From contig OZ241914.1 in the NCBI GenBank assembly GCA_965203875.1, forward strand, positions 553,145-617,144: 64,000 nucleotides of DNA, given 5' to 3'. Made by a program: the position numbers and the translations under genes. The notes under the pieces are model-generated. The model saw only the letters and a program-made list of their open reading frames with translations. It was not told the DNA's origin and ran no database searches. Shown in pieces: positions 43,643 through 51,319 of the stretch. The DNA is from Bdellovibrionales bacterium (GTDB lineage: Bacteria > Bdellovibrionota > Bdellovibrionia > Bdellovibrionales > JAUICD01). Every line of letters starts with the position of its first letter. Positions within the stretch are counted from its first letter, which is position 1.

Positions 43643-43750
43643 CAAATCTTTTTGTAGCTTTAAGCCTTGCGGCTTACCGCTTCGCTAATCAAACATTTGA
43701 TAAAATTTAAAGACCTTTAGGCTTTAGTCTGGCCTTGAACATAAATTAGC
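43641..43750 (-). repeat. Shortened hairpin-repeat unit plus a fragment, starting within the final two bases of the tig-like stop codon (43640-43642)
   Basis: aaatctttttgtagctttaagccttgcgg…cgcttcgctaatcaaacatttgataaaatttaaagaccttta is a reverse-oriented unit with a truncated hairpin and an L-module (rc: taaaggtctttaaatttt). It is followed by ggccttgaacat (a fragment of the R-module in reverse complement). Confidence 0.6.
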
Positions 43751-43796
43751 TTACTACATTGAAAATAAACATGCAGATATATAGACTTATAAAAAC

Positions 43797-44822
43797 ATGG
43801 AAGTTGTTAAGAAAACAGATTGGCTGTTAGTCGTTGTACTGCCTATATTGATTACCTTGGTACCTGACTTATACACTAAATATCATTTCTGTGGTGATTG
43901 CTACAAATTGGATAAACAGATAGAAGACATACCAGAAGATGTAAGTGCAGATGATTTTTTCAAAAACGACTCAAAAACACAAAATATATGTAGCGATAGA
44001 ATTCCAGAAAAAACATATAGCTTTCTTGGCACCAAGTTTGGAATAGAATGTCAAACTAATTCTGGAATAATATTAAGTACATTTTCTGATCTACCTCAGC
44101 TTCAAAAGGTTGTGTCGCTTTCTACTGTAGGTGCTTTGTTAATTTTTATTTTTATCATGATACAAATGTTTTTACCTCACAGAATGCTAGCTTTAAGAGC
44201 TGGTATATCTCTTTTATTAGGTAGCATCTTAGGTAATGTGGCAGACAGGATATTGAATAAAAAAATTACTGACTTTTTGTTCATCCAAGTTAAAATTCCA
44301 TGGGAGGAAGGCTTTAGTTATAAGTTTATATGGAATTTTGCAGATGCTTTCCAGTGGGTAGGCTGTGCAATAATAATTATCTATTTGTTGAAGGGTGGAT
44401 CTATTTTATGGCCTATAGATAATTTGAGAAAGAAATATGTAACAGATAAAGATTATCAATACAAGTATTGTGTAAGGATGATGTTGTTTATAATGGCATT
44501 TGCAATAGTAACTCTTGTATATTCATACACATTTTTAAGTGTTGTATTAGATGATCCAGGATCTATAACTGACAAAAAAGAATTTTTGATCTCGTTTGTT
44601 ATAATACATGCTATATTGAGTATGATATTTATGGGAGCTATGGGGTATATAGGTTTAATTTTATCTCATAGAACTGTTGGACCTTTATTTGCATTGGAAA
44701 GATTTTTGAAAAACTTATTAGCTGGAAAAAGTGATACTTTTGAAACCAGAAAAGGTGATTATATTTTTGGAAAGCTAAAAACTATTGCAGATGATTTTTC
44801 CAAACAGCTGAAAAAACGTTAA
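43797..44822 (+). CDS. lspA: Lipoprotein signal peptidase (SPase II)-like protein with an extra 2-TM + HAMP-like C-terminal extension
   Basis: LspA motifs PDLYTKYH (DxxTK), ECQTNSGIILS (N-x-G-x-x-F/L), GSILGNVADRI…ITDFL (GNxxDR…DF) and IWNFADAFQWVG (FNxAD). The C-terminal ~140 aa add two TMs, then HRTVGPLFALERFLKNLLAGKSDTFETRKGDYIFGKLKTIADDFSKQL, which resembles a HAMP linker. Confidence 0.6.
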   Translation: MEVVKKTDWLLVVVLPILITLVPDLYTKYHFCGDCYKLDKQIEDIPEDVSADDFFKNDSKTQNICSDRIPEKTYSFLGTKFGIECQTNSGIILSTFSDLPQLQKVVSLSTVGALLIFIFIMIQMFLPHRMLALRAGISLLLGSILGNVADRILNKKITDFLFIQVKIPWEEGFSYKFIWNFADAFQWVGCAIIIIYLLKGGSILWPIDNLRKKYVTDKDYQYKYCVRMMLFIMAFAIVTLVYSYTFLSVVLDDPGSITDKKEFLISFVIIHAILSMIFMGAMGYIGLILSHRTVGPLFALERFLKNLLAGKSDTFETRKGDYIFGKLKTIADDFSKQLKKR

Positions 44823-45270
44823 AGGTCTTCAATTTTATTTAAGGCCCTTCGTTTTTAATAAATGTACACTGGCGTAACGATTAGGCCAAAGGCCGAAAGT
44901 GAAGCCAGGATGCATTTATTAAAAAAGTTGTGCAACGTTCAAGGTATATTCCAACAGATTCCCTAAGGCCCTTCGTTTTTAATAAATGTACACTGGCGTA
45001 ACGATTAGGCCAAAGGCCGAAAGTGAAGCCAGGATGCATTTATTAAAAAAGTTGTGCAACGTTCAAGGTATATTCCAACAGATTCCCTAAGGCCCTTCGT
45101 TTTTAATAAGTACATATAGTTAAACGGTCCGGCCGAAGGCCAAAGTGAAGCTAGCTGTTATTTGATAAAATGTTGCCCAACGTTCAAGGTAGACTATAAA
45201 AGAATTGTCGTAAAGGTCTTCGTTTTTAATAAATGTTTACCAGCTCCCAAGGTAGATTATAAAAAAATTT
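44821..45270 (+). repeat. Mixed tandem array of hairpin-repeat units
   Basis: A truncated L-module lies at 44821-44840. Two identical 124-bp units start at 44841 and 44965. A third unit with a different hairpin starts at 45089. A hairpin-less L+R unit lies at 45212-45270. The first TAA of the array is the stop codon of the lspA-like gene (44820-44822). Confidence 0.95.
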
Positions 45271-45306
45271 ACTTTAAGTCTAAAGTTTTCCATTAATAAT
45301 AACAGT

Positions 45307-46770
45307 CTATTGCTTAAGGCTTACGTGGTATAGTGGAGAAAAATCTCCGTTTAGTGGAGGCTCATAATCTAAAACTCTCTTGCTTACTATTGCTACATCG
45401 GTGTTATACCACAACGGAATAATAGGAAGATCTTTGTGTACAATATCTTGTACTTTTAAATAATGTGTTATTCTATCATTTAAATTCTCAATAGTTCTTC
45501 CTTTTAATAATAATTTATCCAAGTCGTTATTGGAGTAAGAACCTCTATTTCTTCCTAATGGAGGTAGTTCTTCAGAATGAAGAGCCACCCTATAAATATC
45601 AGGATCACTGGCACCAACCCATCTCATAATAGCAGCTTGAAAATTACCAGATTTTATATCTTCATAAAAAGTACCCCATTCAAAGCTCTGAATGGAAGTT
45701 TTAAACCCTGCTTTGTTTAGTTGATTCGATATGACCTTACCATTTTCAACAGCACTAGAGCTGCTTGAGGTTTTTATAACTATATCATCTTCAACAGAGC
45801 TAGCTATTTGTTTTGCGTAGTCTAAATCATGCTTTATCCTCTTTAAATTAGAGTTGAAAAATTGATTTCCAGGAGTAAGAATACTAGTTGCTGGTATACC
45901 TAATCCAGATAACTTAAACTTAATAATAGAATCTATATCAATAGCACTTGCCATAGCCCTTCTAATATCTTTACTAAAAGTAAGATCTTTTAAATTTAGT
46001 AATATATAATTCATTTTCAATCCGGGATATTTGTAAATATGAAATTTTTTATTATTAAATTTATCCACCTTATTGGTTGGCATGTCTGATTGAACAATGT
46101 CCACTTCACCTTTTAAGGTTTTTAAAAAAAGAGTGCTTTCGTCTCTTATTACTTTAAACACAACTGCGTCTATTTTTGGTTTAATAACACTATGATCTTT
46201 TCTAGCTCTTAATATTATTTCATTTGGAGTTTGTTTTTGAAATACAAAGCTACCGGTACCTATTAAATTATTTTGTGTGCTTTTTTTAGATAAAATTTTA
46301 ACCACATTTAAATCTTCCAACAATGATGCACTAAATTCAGATAGCTCTAATACAACTTTAGGATTTTTTTCATCAGAAAAATCTGCTCTGACATTCTTTA
46401 TTATGCTCAAGGCTTTCTTGAACGGAACATTGTTTTTTTTATACTCATCAAAAGTAAATAATATGTCTTCTTCTGTAACAGGTTCTCCGTTAGAAAAGGT
46501 AAGTCCAGGGTGTAAATTGAATGTATACACCAGATTCTCATAACTCCATGTTTTGGCTGCATCGTTTTCAATTTTAAGTTTTGGCCCCATCCTTACAAGT
46601 GAATTGAAAATTAGATTAGAAATTCGTTGTCCATTTGCGTCTGTAGCAAATCTAGGATCCAAAGTTTTTGCTTCACTAGTCAGAGCAAATATAACTGTAT
46701 TTTCTGAATGCTTTTCTTTTTTTATGCAAGCTACTGCAAATATTAAAATAAAAAATATTCTGAATATCAC
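45307..46770 (-). CDS. ABC transporter substrate-binding protein, family 5 (peptide/nickel type), lipoprotein
   Basis: 487 aa with a lipobox-like FAVAC and the typical SBP_bac_5 layout (…LDPRFATDANGQRISNLIFNSLVR…). Confidence 0.75.
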   Translation of the reverse strand: MIFRIFFILIFAVACIKKEKHSENTVIFALTSEAKTLDPRFATDANGQRISNLIFNSLVRMGPKLKIENDAAKTWSYENLVYTFNLHPGLTFSNGEPVTEEDILFTFDEYKKNNVPFKKALSIIKNVRADFSDEKNPKVVLELSEFSASLLEDLNVVKILSKKSTQNNLIGTGSFVFQKQTPNEIILRARKDHSVIKPKIDAVVFKVIRDESTLFLKTLKGEVDIVQSDMPTNKVDKFNNKKFHIYKYPGLKMNYILLNLKDLTFSKDIRRAMASAIDIDSIIKFKLSGLGIPATSILTPGNQFFNSNLKRIKHDLDYAKQIASSVEDDIVIKTSSSSSAVENGKVISNQLNKAGFKTSIQSFEWGTFYEDIKSGNFQAAIMRWVGASDPDIYRVALHSEELPPLGRNRGSYSNNDLDKLLLKGRTIENLNDRITHYLKVQDIVHKDLPIIPLWYNTDVAIVSKRVLDYEPPLNGDFSPLYHVSLKQ

Positions 46771-48107
46771 AGCAAGCCTATTAGTTCATCCATGAACGAC
46801 AAAACATTTTTCTTTCCATTATAAATAATCACAAATACTTTTTCTGAATCATTTATATATCCTGCAATACCATATACATTATTTAACTGTCCTGTCTTGG
46901 CTCTAACGGCCTGTGATAAATTTCTATTTTTTAATGTTCCATCCAGTCCACCTATTGGCAATGAAGCCATAAATTCATAGTTATACTGTAATTTTTTATA
47001 TGCAAACAAAAGTTTAGCAAGTGATAATGGCTTAAAGCGATTTTTGTGAGACAGACCGGATACACTGTGTATAACAAAATCATTTGGACTTACGTTTAAG
47101 TCTTTATTTATTTTGGATACATGCAAATTTATTACTTTGATTCCTCCAGCTATATTTCCACGCAATGCTCTAGCTTTTATAGATAAATGTTTTGCCATCA
47201 TCTCAGCAATAAAATTATTAGAAAATTTCATCATCATTTTTACTATATCGCCTACGGTGGCACTGGGAGATGATGCTACTTCTACGGCATTTTTTGGTAC
47301 TTTAGATCTAATCACTTTTCCATCAACACTAATACCTCTTCTGGATAAGAATGACTTTAACGCTTTTCCAGCCCAAAGATTGTCTTTAACGGGTGTATAG
47401 TACAATTTTTCTTTGTCCGAACTTTGTACCCTTCCACTGATAGTTAAAAAATTATCAGATAAATCCGTGGCTACCCTGGAAGTATTTTTGGAAGTAAGAG
47501 TTTTGTTTTTGAAATTATTATTTTCAGGATCAACCGATACTATAGCTGGCTTTCCAATCTGTGACGGCTTTACAAATACGTTTAATGAGTTCCAATTAAA
47601 TGATAGTCCAAAGGCAGGGGAGTCATATGCTCTGTTGACTCTTGGAGTACTTCTGCCTGGATCAATCCAGTTGTCATCAAATATAAAGTCGTCAACTACT
47701 ATATTTCCATTTATATGAGTAATTCCTTGCCTTTTAAATTCATTGACCAAATACCACAATCTTTCTGAGGTAAAGGATGGATCTCCGTCACCTTTAATAT
47801 ATAAATTACCTTGCAACTTATTTTTTACAGGTTTTTTATTTATATAGAGTCTGGTTTTAAAAGTATGGTTTGGAGAGAAATTTTCTAGGATTGCTCCAGC
47901 AACCGGTATCTTTGTTAATGATGCGGGTATTTTGAATCTATTTTCATTTATTTGATATACACTTTCACCTTTTTTATCTAGCACTACTAAACCTATAGAT
48001 TTTTTTTTAATAGAATATTTTTTAAACAATCTATCCAAAGATTGTTCAGTGTTATTAGAAGCCATAGATAGATTTGTACTAATTATTAAGGCAATAATAG
48101 ATTTCAT
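46767..48107 (-). CDS. dacB: D-alanyl-D-alanine carboxypeptidase/endopeptidase (PBP4 family)
   Basis: S-x-x-K motif PASLTKIP, the S13-family size and layout, and an N-terminal signal. Confidence 0.75.
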   Translation of the reverse strand: MKSIIALIISTNLSMASNNTEQSLDRLFKKYSIKKKSIGLVVLDKKGESVYQINENRFKIPASLTKIPVAGAILENFSPNHTFKTRLYINKKPVKNKLQGNLYIKGDGDPSFTSERLWYLVNEFKRQGITHINGNIVVDDFIFDDNWIDPGRSTPRVNRAYDSPAFGLSFNWNSLNVFVKPSQIGKPAIVSVDPENNNFKNKTLTSKNTSRVATDLSDNFLTISGRVQSSDKEKLYYTPVKDNLWAGKALKSFLSRRGISVDGKVIRSKVPKNAVEVASSPSATVGDIVKMMMKFSNNFIAEMMAKHLSIKARALRGNIAGGIKVINLHVSKINKDLNVSPNDFVIHSVSGLSHKNRFKPLSLAKLLFAYKKLQYNYEFMASLPIGGLDGTLKNRNLSQAVRAKTGQLNNVYGIAGYINDSEKVFVIIYNGKKNVLSFMDELIGLL

Positions 48108-48649
48108 TTTAGTAAATCTGATGTGGCAATATAAGGTAGGTTTCTGAAATAACCTCTATAATCCATGCCATAACCTACGACAAATACATTTTTTATTTTA
48201 AAACCAACTAAATCTATTCCCAATTCTTCTATATTAGAATCTGGTTTGGATAGTAACACCACCTGATGTAGTGACTTAGGCTGTTTTGCCTTTACTAGAT
48301 TCCGGAGATACTTCAGTGTTTTACCATTATCCACTATTTCGTCTACAAGTATAATATGCTCGTCCTTAATTTTTGCAGTAATGTCCGTATCCAAATGAAC
48401 ATCTCTTTTGGCGGCAGTGGAACCGAGGTATGAAGATACTTTTACAAAATCACATTTTATATCTATGTCCATAGCTCTTATTAGGTCTGTGTAAAAAAAC
48501 ATGGACCCTTTTAAGGTACATATAACTAACGGACATAGATCTTTGAACTTATTAGAAAGCTTATCGGCCATTTCGGTGATCTTATCCTGTATCTTATCAG
48601 CCAAAATCAAAGGCTTTAATGTGTTTTCTATATCTTGTATGTCTTTCAT
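48104..48649 (-). CDS. hpt: Hypoxanthine phosphoribosyltransferase
   Basis: PRPP-binding motif HIILVDEIVDNGKTL, 181 aa, and a C-terminal …GYGMDYRGYFRNLPYI. Confidence 0.85.
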   Translation of the reverse strand: MKDIQDIENTLKPLILADKIQDKITEMADKLSNKFKDLCPLVICTLKGSMFFYTDLIRAMDIDIKCDFVKVSSYLGSTAAKRDVHLDTDITAKIKDEHIILVDEIVDNGKTLKYLRNLVKAKQPKSLHQVVLLSKPDSNIEELGIDLVGFKIKNVFVVGYGMDYRGYFRNLPYIATSDLLK

Positions 48650-48681
48650 TGTTACTATTTAGTTATTAGAAGCTAGTATTT

Positions 48682-49728
48682 TCATAAAGTAGAGTACTCC
48701 ACAAAAACTACAAAATCTCTATTGTTAATTAAAAATTCTCTTTGAAGCATAAATCTAGCGATCAGGTTTGGCATTAAATCTGCCTCAATAGCAGAAAGCT
48801 CTCTTCTAGGTATAATTCCTGATATTAGCAGAGCACTTCCTCTGTTAAGGTTTAGTTGATCTGAAGAAATACTATTTGTACTAGTACTGAACGTAATTGA
48901 AGGCTGTGGTGCGCTTGCAGGATCATTAATTTCTTCATCTTCTGTAGTTATTGCATCTTCGGCATTAATTTCACCCGCATCAGACGCTGTACCCATGTCT
49001 TCTGCATCATTAGATGCAGGTTGGTTTTGAACGTTTGGAATAGCTTCAACCGAAACAAAAGTTACCCCACCTGTCAAAGTTACAGATTCAGGTGAAATCT
49101 CTGCAACTTCCAACCTAAGATTTAATCCAGCACTAGCTTCAGACTCAGGAAGTTTTTTGGTAATACTGAATATCTTTACAATCCTACCAGCATTAGCAGG
49201 TACAGACCATGAATCCATATTAACAACGTTAACACTCCCTTCTGCCTCTGATGTTAAATAAGAAGATAAATCTGTAATTGTACCCACATTATTTGTCATA
49301 CTTGCATTTGCTAATATTGGACTAGTTCTGGATAATGATGCATAATATACATTCAGTTTGCCAGAATCAAACACCTCAGGTTCTTTAACAGTCATTTGAG
49401 TTGTGGCAGAGCTTAACTCAGCACTAGGTTCATTAAAGCTATTAGCCACAGTTGGTATAACTGGTGGAGATACCTCCACTAAATTTTCGTATGTTTGGGA
49501 TCCTGAAAGCTCTAAACTTTTTTGCTCTAAGATGTAGTCTTTCACTCTGGAATAGATAAATGAAGAGCTGATGCCTACAGCTAAAACAAGCAGTATCACA
49601 TATGCAACAGGCTCTTTTAAAATGTCTAACAGAGATCTCTTAGAGACATACGAAGACATATCAATACCACAGTTGGCACAGTAATCATCGTCTGGTTGGT
49701 CAAAACCGCAGTTAGGACAACTTGCCAT
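48682..49728 (-). CDS. Zinc-ribbon membrane protein, hypothetical
   Basis: N-terminal CPNCG…CANCG zinc ribbon, one TM (VAYVILLVLAVGISSSFIY) and an acidic Ser/Thr-rich extracytoplasmic part. Confidence 0.5.
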   Translation of the reverse strand: MASCPNCGFDQPDDDYCANCGIDMSSYVSKRSLLDILKEPVAYVILLVLAVGISSSFIYSRVKDYILEQKSLELSGSQTYENLVEVSPPVIPTVANSFNEPSAELSSATTQMTVKEPEVFDSGKLNVYYASLSRTSPILANASMTNNVGTITDLSSYLTSEAEGSVNVVNMDSWSVPANAGRIVKIFSITKKLPESEASAGLNLRLEVAEISPESVTLTGGVTFVSVEAIPNVQNQPASNDAEDMGTASDAGEINAEDAITTEDEEINDPASAPQPSITFSTSTNSISSDQLNLNRGSALLISGIIPRRELSAIEADLMPNLIARFMLQREFLINNRDFVVFVEYSTL

Positions 49729-49792
49729 AGTCTAAAAATTATATACTAAGTATGCTATATATATAACACTTTATTTGACGCATTAAGTTTTA

Positions 49793-50674
49793 GTGTCTAA
49801 TACTTACCAAGTGTTACACAAGCCAGTCTTATTAAACGAGATTATAAAAAGCCTAAGTGAAATGGATAGGGTCACAAGCATTTTAGACGCTACCTTTGGA
49901 AGAGGTGGTCATTTGGTAGCCATTCACAATGCATTTAGAAAAGCAAAAATAGTAGCTATCGATAGAGACTTAGAGGCCATACAATTTGCAAAGGATAACG
50001 TTTCAAAGTTATTTAACCTTGACAGTATTGAGATTCATCACATGAACTTTTCTAGAGCTTATACCCTAAAAAAAACTTTCGATGCAATTATTGTAGATCT
50101 AGGAGTATGCTCCTCACAACTGGAGAGTGCACATAGAGGATTCAGTTTTAGATTGGATGGGCCACTTGATATGCGGATGAATACCGAGGAAAAGTTATTG
50201 GCTTCACATTTAGTAAATAATTTAAACTATAAACAGCTCTGTGAGTTGTTTATTAAATATGGCCAGGTGACAAGACCACAAAAAGTAGTTAATGCTATTA
50301 TACATCATAGAAAAAATAAAAAAATAGATTCAACTCTTGAGCTTGCAAATATTATTACCACACAAAATAAAAAAACTAAAATGCATCCAGCTACAAACTA
50401 CTTTATGGCATTGAGAATTAAAGTAAATAATGAACTAGATAGTTTATCAGAATCCTTAGATTCTTTAATAGACCAACTACTACCTGGTGGTCGTTTGATG
50501 GTTATATCGTTCCACTCGCTTGAAGATAGAATTATTAAGTTTAATTTTAAAAATAGTAGAGTAGGAAAACAGTTAAATAAAAAAGTGATAAAGCCCAGCC
50601 AGGATGAGATCAAAGATAATCCAAGGTCTAGGAGTGCAAAACTAAGAATTTTTATTAAAGGCCCTTCGTTTTGA
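49793..50674 (+). CDS. rsmH: 16S rRNA (cytosine1402-N4)-methyltransferase RsmH (MraW)
   Basis: HKPVLLNE, DATFGRGGH, VDLGVCSSQL, ISFHSLEDRIIK and NPRSRSAKLR. GTG start. The last 5 codons and the TGA lie inside a repeat L-module. Confidence 0.9.
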   Translation: MSNTYQVLHKPVLLNEIIKSLSEMDRVTSILDATFGRGGHLVAIHNAFRKAKIVAIDRDLEAIQFAKDNVSKLFNLDSIEIHHMNFSRAYTLKKTFDAIIVDLGVCSSQLESAHRGFSFRLDGPLDMRMNTEEKLLASHLVNNLNYKQLCELFIKYGQVTRPQKVVNAIIHHRKNKKIDSTLELANIITTQNKKTKMHPATNYFMALRIKVNNELDSLSESLDSLIDQLLPGGRLMVISFHSLEDRIIKFNFKNSRVGKQLNKKVIKPSQDEIKDNPRSRSAKLRIFIKGPSF

Positions 50675-50998
50675 CAAATGCTTGCTAGTGTAGTGGAAAA
50701 ACCGAAGGTTTTGAAACGGAACTAGGCGAGCATTTGATCAAAACGTTGTGCAACGTTCAAGGTAGACTACGAAAGAATTGCCTAAAGGTCTTCAATTTTG
50801 TCAAATGCAAGCTAGCGTAGTGACAAGACCAGAGGTCTAAACGTAGCTAGGCTTGCATTTGATAAAATGTTTACCAGCTCTCAAGGTATATTCCAACAGA
50901 CTATCTAAAGGTCTTCATTTTTAATAAGTGCACATAGCGAAACGGCAAGGCCGAAGGCCTGAGTATAGTTATGCATGCTTATTAAAAATTGAAAACCT
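50657..50998 (+). repeat. Array of three hairpin-repeat units with three different hairpins, between rsmH and ftsL
   Basis: Units start at 50657, 50784 and 50907. The L-modules (aaaggcccttcgtttt / aaaggtcttcaatttt / aaaggtcttcattttt) and R-modules are conserved, and the hairpins differ. Unit 3 ends with aaaaattgaaaacctc, an inverted copy of an L-module. Confidence 0.9.
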
Positions 50999-51002
50999 CT
51001 GA

Positions 51003-51308
51003 TTGGAAATGTACCATACTACTGTGACCGTAGTAAGACCCTTGATCAGTTTTGTAATCATCATAATAAGCCTGCTTGTAGTTGTCTTTTTTAGAATGGA
51101 AGTGCGAAGACTCGGATACGAAGTGTTTAAACTTACTCAGATAGAAAAACAAGAGCTAGATGAGTATAGAAAAAAACAAATACACCTTTCAAGGTTAACC
51201 AGATCAGACAGAATAGAGGAATTTTCAACAAATCAACTTGGCCTAAGTCATGCTAAACCTGGCCAAATTATACAGTTGGTAGCAGACGGTGCTGCTATCG
51301 AAAGATAG
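51003..51308 (+). CDS. ftsL: Cell division protein FtsL-like
   Basis: ~100 aa with a single TM (ISFVIIIISLLVVVFF) and a short coiled coil. It lies between rsmH and ftsI. The likely start is ATG at 51009. Confidence 0.6.
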   Translation: MEMYHTTVTVVRPLISFVIIIISLLVVVFFRMEVRRLGYEVFKLTQIEKQELDEYRKKQIHLSRLTRSDRIEEFSTNQLGLSHAKPGQIIQLVADGAAIER

Positions 51309-51319
51309 GATGTAAAACT

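Noticed and set aside
50657-50998. Conserved flanks alternating with variable hairpins might be integron attC sites or a CRISPR-like array
   Set aside because: No cassette ORFs lie between the hairpins and no intI integrase is nearby. The variable parts are themselves related hairpins sharing loop motifs, not unrelated spacers.
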